Origin: Actinomycetota bacterium
Lineage (GTDB): Bacteria; Actinomycetota; Thermoleophilia; BMS3ABIN01
Direction: 5' to 3'
Assembly (NCBI GenBank): GCA_016235065.1
Contig: JACRMB010000005.1
Span: 9,524 to 73,523 of the forward strand
DNA: 64,000 nucleotides
Part shown: piece by piece, positions 10,210 to 19,574 of the stretch
Position numbering within the stretch: position 1 is the first letter of the stretch
How the letters are laid out: every line of letters starts with the position of its first letter
The notes under the pieces: model-generated
Told to the model about the DNA's origin: nothing
Database searches by the model: none
What the model saw: the letters and a program-made list of their open reading frames with translations, nothing else
Translations under genes and position numbers: made by a program

Positions 10210-10934
10210 GCGACGAAGGCGGCTCCAGCGCCACGAACAAGGCTCTCACGATAGGCGCTGTCGTAGAGCTTCTCAAGTCAGAGTTCTCTGACATCAGCAT
10301 CAGCAAGATCCGATATCTCGAAGATGAGAAGCTGATCTCACCCAAACGGACAACAGGCGGTTACCGGCTTTTTTCCAAGGCCGACATCGAGCGGCTGCGA
10401 ACTATCCTCTCCCTTCAGCGGGACGAATTCCTGCCGTTGAGGGTCATCCGGCAGGAGCTTTCCCGCAAAGGTACGGTAGCGGTCAGGCCAGCCAGCGGCA
10501 GGCGATTCAAGAAAGTCAGCCTGAAGGCGCCAGCTGCGTCTGATACCAAGAGCTATACCCTGGATGAGGCCCTGGAAGCCTCAGGGGCCGAAGGCGAGCT
10601 TGTTCGTGAACTCGAGGAGTACGGGCTTATCAGCGGTGTGTCGACCGGCGGCACCCGCCGGTACGACCAGACAGACGTCGAGGTCATGGCGGCGGCGTCA
10701 GACCTGGCGCAGTATGGAGTCGGCGCCCGCAACCTCAGGACGCTCAAGAGTTCAGTAGACCGCGAGTCGGCGCTGCTGCTGCAGATCCTCTCGCCGACCC
10801 TGCGCTCGCAGAATCCGCAGTCACGAAAAGAGGGCGTTGCTGCACTCGAGAACCTGGCGACGGTATCCTCATATCTCAAGCATCTGCTTCTTATAAAAGA
10901 CCTGAGAAATTACACAGCGTCTTTGACCAAATGA
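10206..10934 (+). CDS. MerR-family transcriptional regulator (FtsR/Rv1828-like position)
   Basis: 242 aa with the MerR HTH LTIGAVVELL...ISISKIRYLEDEKLISPKRTTGGYRLFS. There is an ATGA overlap with the FHA gene. Confidence 0.85.
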   Translation: MSDEGGSSATNKALTIGAVVELLKSEFSDISISKIRYLEDEKLISPKRTTGGYRLFSKADIERLRTILSLQRDEFLPLRVIRQELSRKGTVAVRPASGRRFKKVSLKAPAASDTKSYTLDEALEASGAEGELVRELEEYGLISGVSTGGTRRYDQTDVEVMAAASDLAQYGVGARNLRTLKSSVDRESALLLQILSPTLRSQNPQSRKEGVAALENLATVSSYLKHLLLIKDLRNYTASLTK

Positions 10935-11001
10935 TAGATAATTAGTCAATTCAATGGACGTGCCCACGCGTCCGCAAACTGCTGAAAGGAGCAAAGGATT
11001 C

Positions 11002-11523
11002 ATGGATCTGGCCGCAAAGATTAGAGACATCCCCGATTTTCCCAAGGAGGGGATCCTTTTCAAGGATATAACCCCGCTGCTTCAGGACGCGGAATCGCTG
11101 AGGTACGCCATCGACCAGCTGGCGGAGTTCGGAGTGGGGAAGAAGATCGATGTCGTAGTCGGCGCCGAAGCCAGGGGGTTCATCCTTGGCGCCGCCCTGG
11201 CATACACCCTGGGGGCAGGTTTTGTGCCCGCCAGAAAGCCTGGAAAACTGCCGTTTCTTACCGTCGCGGCCGAGTATGACCTCGAATACGGAACCGATAG
11301 CCTGGAAGTCCATAACGACGCCATCGTCCCGGGAACCAGAGTCCTGGTGCACGACGACCTGCTGGCAACCGGGGGAACCGCCCGCGCCAAGTGCGACCTG
11401 GTAGAGAAGCTGGGTGGCGAAGTGGTGGGGGTGACCTTTATCGTCGAATTGTCGTTCCTTGGCGGCCGCGAGAAGCTCAAGGAGTACGATATCCTGAGTC
11501 TGATAACTTTCGACGGCGAGTAG
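11002..11523 (+). CDS. apt: Adenine phosphoribosyltransferase
   Basis: [27 protein letters not shown] is followed by the PRPP motif [16 protein letters not shown] 11002 is preferred over the longer ORF-track start. Confidence 0.93.
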   Translation: MDLAAKIRDIPDFPKEGILFKDITPLLQDAESLRYAIDQLAEFGVGKKIDVVVGAEARGFILGAALAYTLGAGFVPARKPGKLPFLTVAAEYDLEYGTDSLEVHNDAIVPGTRVLVHDDLLATGGTARAKCDLVEKLGGEVVGVTFIVELSFLGGREKLKEYDILSLITFDGE

Positions 11524-11567
11524 GCAGCCTCGACGGGCAGCAGGAGCAGAAAAATAATGAGGAATCC

Positions 11568-11597
11568 GGAGGTGCTCGTTAGAGCGCCTCCTTTTTC
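11568..11597. terminator. Rho-independent terminator between convergent apt and the RlpA-like gene
   Basis: A 10-bp stem GGAGGTGCTC/GAGCGCCTCC (one G-U pair) with loop GTTA is followed by TTTTT. An A-rich tract lies on the other side. Confidence 0.7.
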
Positions 11598-12638
11598 TTA
11601 ACGGTAGATCTCGGCGCTGATGTAGCCCACACCGGTGATGCCGATAGCCTGGGCGCTCGAGTATGAAAGATCGAGGATCCTTCCGCCAACATAAGGACCG
11701 CGGTCATTGATCCGGACAAAAACTGATCGCCCATTATGGGTCACCTTCAGCCAGGTGTTGAACGGCAGTGATTTGTGGGCGGCGGTATAGCCATACATGT
11801 TGTAGATCTCGCCATTGGCGGTCGTGTTCCCCTGAAATCCGGGACCATACCAGCTGGCCATGCCATTGAGGGCTATCCCGGAAGGCTGAAGTCCCGCAGG
11901 CGGTTCGTTGGATACGATCACGGAAGGTCCCATGACGCCGGTATAGATGCTGCCGGCATCGATCGATGCGGATTCCTCGGCAAGCCTCCTGAGCTCTTCT
12001 TCCTGTTCACGGGTCCGGGCCTGGGCCAGCTCAGCTGTCTGTCTGTCGATGCTGGATCTGCCGGTCGCGAGCTGATATTCCAGCTCCTTTTTCCGTGACT
12101 TGAGGGCGTTTGTGTCCCCAGCCTGGTCCTGTTTGAGGCTGTCTACACGCTCTCTGGCCTCGCGGACCGTGTCTGCTTCGGCTTTAACCCGCTTTACCAG
12201 GCGTTCGTCGTTTTCTGAAACCTTGCCAAGATATGCAAGACGGGCAAGCGCGTCAGTGAAGTCCTCGCTTGAAAGAGCTACCTCGTAAAAACTGGAATCC
12301 CCAAGCTTGTAGATGGCCGATATTCGGCCCTCGTACATCAGAAGCGTCGAATGATAACGGTCTTCAGCATAACGCAGCCGGTCAGTCGCGTCAGCAAGCT
12401 CCATACGGCGCTGATTGAGGTAGACTTCGGAGCTTGCGAGCCTGCTGTCGATGTCCGTCAGCTCCTGCCTGGCTTTCTCCATTTCCTGCTTTTCGGCCTC
12501 GATCCTGCCAGCGATGTCCTGAGAGCTGTTCTCAGCGCCTGCGACGGAGACAGCGATCAGCAGACTGCAGCAAATCGATGCAGCAAAAAGGATTATCGAA
12601 ATCCGGGAATATTTTCGATCACTGATGATCTGTCGCAT
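11598..12638 (-). CDS. RlpA-like double-psi beta-barrel (lytic transglycosylase-like) protein with N-terminal anchor and long coiled coil
   Basis: 346 aa with a TM/signal segment and a Glu/Arg-rich coiled coil. The C-terminal DPBB reads ASWYGPGFQGNTTANGEIY...FVRINDRGPY. Confidence 0.8.
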   Translation of the reverse strand: MRQIISDRKYSRISIILFAASICCSLLIAVSVAGAENSSQDIAGRIEAEKQEMEKARQELTDIDSRLASSEVYLNQRRMELADATDRLRYAEDRYHSTLLMYEGRISAIYKLGDSSFYEVALSSEDFTDALARLAYLGKVSENDERLVKRVKAEADTVREARERVDSLKQDQAGDTNALKSRKKELEYQLATGRSSIDRQTAELAQARTREQEEELRRLAEESASIDAGSIYTGVMGPSVIVSNEPPAGLQPSGIALNGMASWYGPGFQGNTTANGEIYNMYGYTAAHKSLPFNTWLKVTHNGRSVFVRINDRGPYVGGRILDLSYSSAQAIGITGVGYISAEIYR

Positions 12639-12984
12639 GACATTATTCCATTTCCCTAAAAAGGCCCTGAACTAACAGGGAACTCGAGCTATGCGCAATC
12701 CGTGGCATCTATCGACACGGACCGCAGAGAGTTTAGTACAAAAGAGGGGAGGTTTCACAGCGCTTGAGACAGAACAGGAAATTAATTTCTAAAGTTACAT
12801 AACATATATTATCGTGCACGAATGGAGGAGGGCCGAAAAGCGCCGGGTAGGCCAGGACCTGCCGAACTGTCTGAATGGATTGCTTTTACAGGCATACTGC
12901 CTGTTCAGGGAGATTCTGCTGAATTACTGCAGCGCGAATCCGGACGGATACGGGGAAATGCCGGGATGTGGCATGAAAAGCGTT

Positions 12985-14670
12985 CTAGACTTGTTGGTCA
13001 AGCAAAGCGAGAATGCTTTCTGCAGCGGCGCCGAGATCGAATTTGTGTTCGATGCCGTCGCTGCGAAGCTGTACTTCAACCGTTCCATCGGCTACGGAGC
13101 GTTTGCCGACCGTGACCCTGACGGTGCAGCCAAGCAGCTCAGCGTCTGAGAACTTGGCTCCGGGCGAGATAACCCTGTCGTCGAATAATACCTCGGCGCC
13201 GGCCCCCATGAGCTCTGAGTAGAGCTTTTCAGCCATAGCCGTCTGCTGATTATCCTTGGGCTGCACCAGAAGCAGGTGGATGCTGAAGGGCGAGATGCTG
13301 GCAGGCCAGACGATGCCCTTGTCATCAGCAAGCTGTTCTACGGCCGCGGCAGCGATACGCGCCGGTCCGATGCCGTAGCTTCCCATTATGATCTTCTGCT
13401 CCTTGCCGTTCTCGTCCAGGAAGGTCGCATTCATCGGTTCGCTGTATTTGGTGCCCAGTTTGAAGATATTCCCTATCTCGATTACCTGCTCGATACTGAG
13501 GGGTTTGCCGCAGTGGGGGCAGGATTCATCAGCTTTTACGCGCCTGATGTCGGCAAGTTCGGCCTCGAAGTCATCACCGGTGACGACTCCCTTGAGGTGA
13601 TATCCGGTCCTGTTGGCGCCAGTGACGAAAACACCTCGCTCCAGTGATTCGTCCGCGATCTTGCGGATATCCAGGCCGACAGGCCCGATAAATCCGGCCT
13701 CAGCGCCGGTCAGCTCCCTGATCTCTTCGGGCGTAGCCGGCCTGCTGGCGCCGATGACCCGGTTAAGCTTGGATTCCTGCAGTTCCTGGTCACCGCGGAC
13801 CATGGCCAGTACCGGGCCATCATCGGTGACAAGAAGCACGGATTTAAGCAGCAGCGCCGGATCCAGCTTCAGGAATGCCGAGACTTCATCGATCGTGCGA
13901 GCATCAGGGGTCTCGATCTCCTCAATCCCGGTTTCAGGGAATACCGGCACTCCGGGGACCGACCTTGCCAGCTCCAAGTTCGCGGCATAGCCACAATTAC
14001 AGAGAGCCACCTCGTCTTCACCGGCGGCGCTTGGCGCCATGAACTCGTGGGCGGTGGCGCCGCCCATCATGCCGGGATCGCTCTCGACCATGTAAAAACG
14101 GATGCCACAGCGCTTGAATATGCGGCTGTAGGCCTGGATATGCAGCTGATAGTTCTGCTCCAGCGCCTGTTCATCGGTATCGAAGCTGTAGGAGTCCTTC
14201 ATAATGAACTCGCGCGTGCGCAGGATGCCGCTCTTGGGCCTGGCTTCATCCCGGAGCTTGGTCTGGATCTGATACCAGACCTGCGGCAGATCCTTGTAGG
14301 AGCGGATCTCCTTGGCCGCAAGCCAGGTGATGACTTCCTCATGGGTCATACCCAGGACCATGTCGCGGCCGCCGCGGTCCTTGAGGCGGAACATCTCATC
14401 GCCGATCTCGTCATAACGTCCGGTAGTCTGCCAGATCTCGGCCGGGTGCATGACCGGCATGGAAAGCTCCTGAGCGCCGATGGCGTTCATCTCTTCACGG
14501 ATTATCCTGCAGATCTTCTCCATCACTCTCAGGCCCAGAGGCAGGTAAATGTATAGGCCGGCAGCCAGCTGCCGCACCAGGCCGGCGCGGACCATCAGCT
14601 TGTGGCTGATCGCCTCGGCCTCGGCCGGGTCTTCTTTGAGTGTCGGGAAGAATAATCTGGATGCTCTCAT
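12985..14670 (-). CDS. proS: Proline--tRNA ligase
   Basis: 561 aa from ATG 14670 (MRASRLFFPTLKEDPAEAE), with class II motifs and an insertion (editing) domain. The longer ORF-track start would add 73 non-homologous residues. Confidence 0.93.
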   Translation of the reverse strand: MRASRLFFPTLKEDPAEAEAISHKLMVRAGLVRQLAAGLYIYLPLGLRVMEKICRIIREEMNAIGAQELSMPVMHPAEIWQTTGRYDEIGDEMFRLKDRGGRDMVLGMTHEEVITWLAAKEIRSYKDLPQVWYQIQTKLRDEARPKSGILRTREFIMKDSYSFDTDEQALEQNYQLHIQAYSRIFKRCGIRFYMVESDPGMMGGATAHEFMAPSAAGEDEVALCNCGYAANLELARSVPGVPVFPETGIEEIETPDARTIDEVSAFLKLDPALLLKSVLLVTDDGPVLAMVRGDQELQESKLNRVIGASRPATPEEIRELTGAEAGFIGPVGLDIRKIADESLERGVFVTGANRTGYHLKGVVTGDDFEAELADIRRVKADESCPHCGKPLSIEQVIEIGNIFKLGTKYSEPMNATFLDENGKEQKIIMGSYGIGPARIAAAAVEQLADDKGIVWPASISPFSIHLLLVQPKDNQQTAMAEKLYSELMGAGAEVLFDDRVISPGAKFSDAELLGCTVRVTVGKRSVADGTVEVQLRSDGIEHKFDLGAAAESILALLDQQV

Positions 14671-14737
14671 ACCGGGACTAAGCCTAACGATTTTAGAAGG
14701 GAAAGTACAAGGAAATACTGAACAGCGGGGGCAACTT

Positions 14738-15787
14738 CTATTTGTGGGCCTTATCGATCTCTTCGAAAAGCGCGTCCACCAGTTCATCGGCGGGTACCTT
14801 GCGGATCGGTTCGCCATTGGCAAAGACCAGCCCCTCCCCCTTGCCTCCAGCGATGCCAAAATCAGCTCTCCGGGCTTCGCCGGGGCCATTGACCACGCAA
14901 CCCATCACTGCTATTTCAATCACTTTGTCGTAATCACTCAGGCGCCGCTCAACTTCAAGGGCGATGCCCTCGACATCGATCTCGGTTCTGCCACAGGTCG
15001 GGCAGGAAATCAACTCGGGGCCATATTCTCTGAGGCCGAGACTGCGCAGGATCTCGTAAGCGACCCGTATCTCTTCCACGGGATCTGCCGTAAGCGAGAC
15101 CCTGATGGTATCCCCCACTCCCTGCGCCAGTAGTGCACCGATGCCGACGGCGCTCTTGATGGAACCGGCCCAGCGGGTCCCGGCTTCGGTAACGCCAAGG
15201 TGGATTGGATGATCCAATAGCCTTCCCAGGGCCAGGTTTGCCTCGATGGTCTCGGTGACTGAAGAAGATTTGGCTGAGACCTTTAGTTCCTGGAAGTCGA
15301 GTTCCTCAAAAAGGGTTACATAATCGAGGATGGTCTCAACCAACGCCTGCACGAGATCCCGCTCGGCCAGCTCGCGTTTCTCTTTAGGCAGGGAGCCGGA
15401 ATTGACGCCGATGCGCACTGGAATGCCGGCCTCGCGTGCTGCGTCTAACACCGCGGCAACCCGTTCGCGACTGCCGATGTTCCCGGGATTGATCCTGAGG
15501 CCGTCTGCGCCAGCTGCGACCGCGGCGATGGCCAGCTCCGCCTTGAAGTGGATATCGGCGACGACCGGCAGCGGCGATTCGGCCACGATCGCCGAAAGCG
15601 CCTCAACCGCGGCTTCGTCAGGGATGGCGACCCGCACGATCTCACAACCATATGCCGCCAGGCTACGGATCTGGCCTAGGGTGGCTTCGGCGTCGCGGGT
15701 ATCGGTGTTAGTCATCGACTGGACCGCGACCGGCGCGCCACCGCCGACCGGGACGTTTCCTACCGTTATCTGCCTCTTGCTGGCCAT
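14738..15787 (-). CDS. ispG: 4-hydroxy-3-methylbut-2-en-1-yl diphosphate synthase
   Basis: 349 aa with VGGGAPVAVQSMTNT, SCPTCGR and MGCVVNGPGE. Confidence 0.94.
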   Translation of the reverse strand: MASKRQITVGNVPVGGGAPVAVQSMTNTDTRDAEATLGQIRSLAAYGCEIVRVAIPDEAAVEALSAIVAESPLPVVADIHFKAELAIAAVAAGADGLRINPGNIGSRERVAAVLDAAREAGIPVRIGVNSGSLPKEKRELAERDLVQALVETILDYVTLFEELDFQELKVSAKSSSVTETIEANLALGRLLDHPIHLGVTEAGTRWAGSIKSAVGIGALLAQGVGDTIRVSLTADPVEEIRVAYEILRSLGLREYGPELISCPTCGRTEIDVEGIALEVERRLSDYDKVIEIAVMGCVVNGPGEARRADFGIAGGKGEGLVFANGEPIRKVPADELVDALFEEIDKAHK

Positions 15788-16863
15788 CAGGGCTGCAGAT
15801 CGAAACCGGTGGTCTGGATCCGTTCTATATCGTTCATGATGCCGGTCAGGAACAGAAGAGCAAAGAGCATCAGACCGACGATCGAAACTCTTTCGAAAAC
15901 TTCCCGCCGTATCGGTGAACCCTTAATTTTTTCAAGTATATTGAACAGGACATGGCCGCCATCCAGGGGCAGGAATGGCAAGAGGTTGAAGATGGCCAGC
16001 TGCAGGCTGATAAAGCCGAGCACTGTGAGATAAACACTCCATCCCATCTCGACTGTCTTGGATGAAAATGCGACTATGCCAATCGGTGATGAAAGGTCCT
16101 TGCGGCTCTGCTCGCTTATAAAAAGGTTCTTGATTGCTATAAAAGTCTCACCGGTCATTTCCCAGAGCCTGGAAAAAGAAGATGAGACTGCTTCAGTGAA
16201 TGGAAGGCCATGGTAGCCGACTACTTCGGCCTCGAAGACTATCCCCAGGATGCCCTCGCCGGTCTCTTCATTCCTGCCGATGGCCGCAGGAATCGTGAGT
16301 TGCTGATCGTCTCGCTCGACTACCAGGCTGATCGTCTGGTCGGGCCTGGAGCGCAGCTCTTCGCGTAGATCTTCAGGTCTGTCAGAGACTACTTCATTGA
16401 TAGCCAGAACCCTGTCGCCGGGTTCGATGCCGGCGCGGTCGGCCCCGCTGTCAGCCTGGATGTCGGCGACGACAACAGTAGCCTCGTAGTCGGGGATCCC
16501 CTGCCAGAAAACAATGAAAAAGAACAGTCCCGCGAACAGCAGGTTCATTCCGGCCCCGGCGGAGATCACTATAATGCGCTGCCATACCGGCTTGGCGACA
16601 TATGCCCTCGGTTTGACGTCATCGGGAAGCTCTTCTTCCCTGGTCATGCCCGAGATCTTCACATAACCGCCCAGAGGGATGAAGCCGATGCCATATTCGG
16701 TCTCGCCGATCTTCTTCTTCACGGCGGCCGGAGGAAAGCCCAGATAGAACTTTTCCGCCCGCATGCCAAACGCCTTGGCTGCGAGAAAATGCCCCAGCTC
16801 GTGCACAAGGATGAGGAATCCGATTCCAAGAACGGCGATTACTATGAACAGGAGTTTCAACAT
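15787..16863 (-). CDS. M50-family site-2 (RseP-like) zinc metalloprotease
   Basis: 358 aa with HELGHF near the N-terminus, an internal PDZ segment and a C-terminal NLLPFLPLDGGH motif. Confidence 0.9.
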   Translation of the reverse strand: MLKLLFIVIAVLGIGFLILVHELGHFLAAKAFGMRAEKFYLGFPPAAVKKKIGETEYGIGFIPLGGYVKISGMTREEELPDDVKPRAYVAKPVWQRIIVISAGAGMNLLFAGLFFFIVFWQGIPDYEATVVVADIQADSGADRAGIEPGDRVLAINEVVSDRPEDLREELRSRPDQTISLVVERDDQQLTIPAAIGRNEETGEGILGIVFEAEVVGYHGLPFTEAVSSSFSRLWEMTGETFIAIKNLFISEQSRKDLSSPIGIVAFSSKTVEMGWSVYLTVLGFISLQLAIFNLLPFLPLDGGHVLFNILEKIKGSPIRREVFERVSIVGLMLFALLFLTGIMNDIERIQTTGFDLQP

Positions 16864-16868
16864 GAGGA

Positions 16869-18014
16869 CTAGGTGGTGAAGGCTTCTGCCTGGCGGCGCG
16901 CCGCTGTATCGATCTCGGTGATATCCTCCAGCCCACTGATCGCGGACGCAAGCTCACCATCCATCGCCGCCAGCGTCTTCTCGATAACGGCGGGTATGTC
17001 CAGGAACCGGATCCGCCCTTCAAGGAATGCCGCGACGGCGATCTCGTTGGCCGCGTTCACGGCGATGGGTGCTCCGCCACCGCTCCTTCCGGCCTCGATT
17101 GCTATCTCGAGGCAGGGAAACGCATTCAGGTCAGGCTTGAAGAACGTCAGTTCGCCCTGCTCGATCAGGTCAAGCTGCGGCATGACCACAGGCAGGCGGT
17201 CGGGATAATTAAGGGCATAGGCTATCGGCAGTTTCATGCTGGGAAGGCCCATCTGCGCCAGTACCGACCCATCGCGGAAACGGGCCAGGGAATGGACGAC
17301 GGATTGCGGATGAACGAGTACATCGATCTCATTATAGCCGACCCCGAAAAGATGGTGGGCTTCGATGACCTCAAGGCCCTTGTTCATCAGCGTGGCCGAA
17401 TCGATGGAGATCTTGCTTCCCATCTTCCAGCGGGGATGGTTGAGGGCATCGTCCCGGGTGACCTTTTCCAGCTGGTCACGGCTGCGGCCGAAGAACGGAC
17501 CTCCAGACGCGGTCAGGAAGATACGCTCGAGCCCTTCTTCCTGCCCCTGGATACACTGGAAGATGGCGCTGTGCTCACTGTCGACCGGCAGGATGCGGAT
17601 CCCTCTCTGCCGGGCGGTCTCCATTATCAGCTCACCGGCCACCACCAGGCTCTCCTTGTTGGCGAGAGCCAGGTCTAAGCCCCGGTCCAGGGTGGCCATG
17701 GTCGCTTCCAGGCCGGCGGCGCCGACCACGGCGTTGAGGACGATATCACATTCGACCGACTCGATCAGACCACGGATGCATCCCGGCCCAGACAGCACAG
17801 AAGCGCCCGGTAGCTCATCGATAACCGTGCTGCCTGCGTTCTCATCGAGGATCGCCACATCATTCACACCAAAAGCTCTGGCCTGCTCGACCAGCTGCTT
17901 GTGGCTGGTGCCGGCGGCAAGTCCGGCTACTTCCAGGCCTTGTGTCTCCGATATGACCTCCAGCGCCTGCTTGCCGATGGAACCGGTCGATCCGAGTAAG
18001 AGTACTTTCTTCAT
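16869..18014 (-). CDS. dxr: 1-deoxy-D-xylulose-5-phosphate reductoisomerase
   Basis: 381 aa with LGSTGSIG, LANKESLV, PVDSEHSA and NAANE. Confidence 0.95.
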   Translation of the reverse strand: MKKVLLLGSTGSIGKQALEVISETQGLEVAGLAAGTSHKQLVEQARAFGVNDVAILDENAGSTVIDELPGASVLSGPGCIRGLIESVECDIVLNAVVGAAGLEATMATLDRGLDLALANKESLVVAGELIMETARQRGIRILPVDSEHSAIFQCIQGQEEGLERIFLTASGGPFFGRSRDQLEKVTRDDALNHPRWKMGSKISIDSATLMNKGLEVIEAHHLFGVGYNEIDVLVHPQSVVHSLARFRDGSVLAQMGLPSMKLPIAYALNYPDRLPVVMPQLDLIEQGELTFFKPDLNAFPCLEIAIEAGRSGGGAPIAVNAANEIAVAAFLEGRIRFLDIPAVIEKTLAAMDGELASAISGLEDITEIDTAARRQAEAFTT

Positions 18015-18809
18015 CTAGCCTCCGTTGCCTACCATGGCGGTGACTACGTAAAAGGCGGCCACAGCGGCGAAGATGAGCGAGTCAAAACGGTCGAGGATGC
18101 CGCCGTGCCCGGGTATGATCGTACCCGCGTCCTTCACATGCGAAGCCCGCTTGATGTATGACTCAAAAAGATCGCCGAGGGGCGCGGCAATGGCAATGAC
18201 CAGTCCGAGGACGAAGAACTGTCCGGATCCCATCCAGGGAAGTGATTTGCCGGCGATCAGCACGACTACTATCGTTCCGACGAAGCCTGCCAGGGTTCCC
18301 TCGATGGTCTTGTTAGGTGATATGACTGGTGAGATCGGCCGCTGGCCCAGGTAATGGCCTACTGCATACGCCACCGTGTCTGATGTCCAGGTAGCCAGCA
18401 ATACGACGATGGCCAGGCTGATGCCGTAAGTCGGCGTGCGCAGCAGGATAACATGGGAAAAGCCTATCCCCACGTAGAAGGCGCCAAAGAACGTCACCGC
18501 CATCTCCCCCACCATCTCGGGTTTGAGGCCTCTGATGGCATGGAGGATGAAGGTAAGCGCGAAGAGGTAGATACAGCCCCGCATGGCGCCCTCCAGGCCT
18601 CCGGTATGGGCTCCGATGAGGATCAGCGCCGCGCCGCCGTAGCCGGCCAGCAGGTTGGGCTTGTAAGACCTGGTCATGCGGTAGAACTCGTGCAGGCCGA
18701 GGATGCTCAGAACAATCAGGGCGACCAGCAGCGGGATGCCGCCGGTATATACGACGATGAGGGCGAGGATGGCGCCGACGACGCCTACGAGTGCGCGGGT
18801 GATCAGCAC
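18015..18809 (-). CDS. cdsA: Phosphatidate cytidylyltransferase
   Basis: 264 aa, multi-TM, with the C-terminal signature KRASHVKDAGTIIPGHGGILDRFDS. Confidence 0.92.
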   Translation of the reverse strand: MLITRALVGVVGAILALIVVYTGGIPLLVALIVLSILGLHEFYRMTRSYKPNLLAGYGGAALILIGAHTGGLEGAMRGCIYLFALTFILHAIRGLKPEMVGEMAVTFFGAFYVGIGFSHVILLRTPTYGISLAIVVLLATWTSDTVAYAVGHYLGQRPISPVISPNKTIEGTLAGFVGTIVVVLIAGKSLPWMGSGQFFVLGLVIAIAAPLGDLFESYIKRASHVKDAGTIIPGHGGILDRFDSLIFAAVAAFYVVTAMVGNGG

Positions 18810-18815
18810 CGTGGC

Positions 18816-19574
18816 CTACCTGGCTCCGAAGCGGCGCTGGCGCCTGCCGAATTCAGTCATAGCCTCGAGCAGGTCCTGCTCGTCGAAATCGGGCCAGAGT
18901 TTGTCTGAAAAATAGAGTTCACAATAAGCGCATTGCCAGAGGAGGAAGTTACTCACCCGCTGCTCGCCGCTGGTGCGGATCAGCAGCTCGGGATCGTGCA
19001 TCTCGGGGGCGTAAAGATATTTGCTGAAGTCGACGTCCTCACCTGCCGCGAGACCATTGCCGGCCGCCGCCAGAGCGGCGTCGATGATCTCGGAACGGCC
19101 TCCGTAATTAAAAGCGATATATAGGGTCATGGTGCTGTTCTCCGCAGTCAGTCCTTCAGCCCATTCCATCTTTCCCAGCAGGCTGTCAGAAAGGCCCTGG
19201 CGCCTGCCGATGAACCTGACCCTGACATCCTGGCTCGCCAGTTCCGGGACTTCCTTGTCGATCAGTTCGCCGAACATCTTCATCAGGGCATCGACTTCCT
19301 GCGCCGGACGCTGCCAGTTCTCGGTTGAGAAAGCGTATACGGTGAGCTCCCTGATGCCGGCTTTGCGCGCGGCCTGGATCGTACGTTTGAGAGCTTTGGC
19401 GCCTTCACGGTGACCGGCGATGGCCGGCATGTGACGACGCGCTGCCCACCGCCCGTTGCCATCCATGATGATGGCTATGTGCCGGGGCGTGTTTTCCGCA
19501 TCTAATAAAAAATCTTCGCTTGCAGCCCTGCTCCGGCGAAGATTTCCAAGAAGGTTACGCAAAGTAGCCATCAC
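18816..19574 (-). CDS. uppS: Isoprenyl (undecaprenyl) diphosphate synthase
   Basis: 252 aa with HIAIIMDGNGRWA, FSTENW, LIRTSGEQRVSNFLLWQ. Confidence 0.93.
   Translation of the reverse strand: MMATLRNLLGNLRRSRAASEDFLLDAENTPRHIAIIMDGNGRWAARRHMPAIAGHREGAKALKRTIQAARKAGIRELTVYAFSTENWQRPAQEVDALMKMFGELIDKEVPELASQDVRVRFIGRRQGLSDSLLGKMEWAEGLTAENSTMTLYIAFNYGGRSEIIDAALAAAGNGLAAGEDVDFSKYLYAPEMHDPELLIRTSGEQRVSNFLLWQCAYCELYFSDKLWPDFDEQDLLEAMTEFGRRQRRFGAR

Noticed and set aside
12639-12984. ydaO/c-di-AMP riboswitch upstream of the RlpA-like gene (also checked at 59084-59251 upstream of the M23 peptidase)
   Set aside because: I read both minus-strand leaders. The hallmark segments (GGGGACCCA, GGGGUGAAUC, CCGAAUCCG.CAGCUAACCUCGUAAGC) are absent. 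Only a short CGUAAGC coincidence occurs near 59100.
14671-14889. N-terminal 73-aa extension of proS. Similar extensions are suggested by the ORF track for the M28 peptidase (43436-43513), rpsB (22583-22663), nifU (53536-53631) and the DUF4388 gene (49354-49446).
   Set aside because: In each case the conserved protein N-terminus starts at an internal start codon that has an SD or a start/stop overlap. The extensions are Arg/Pro/Ser-rich non-homologous sequence.
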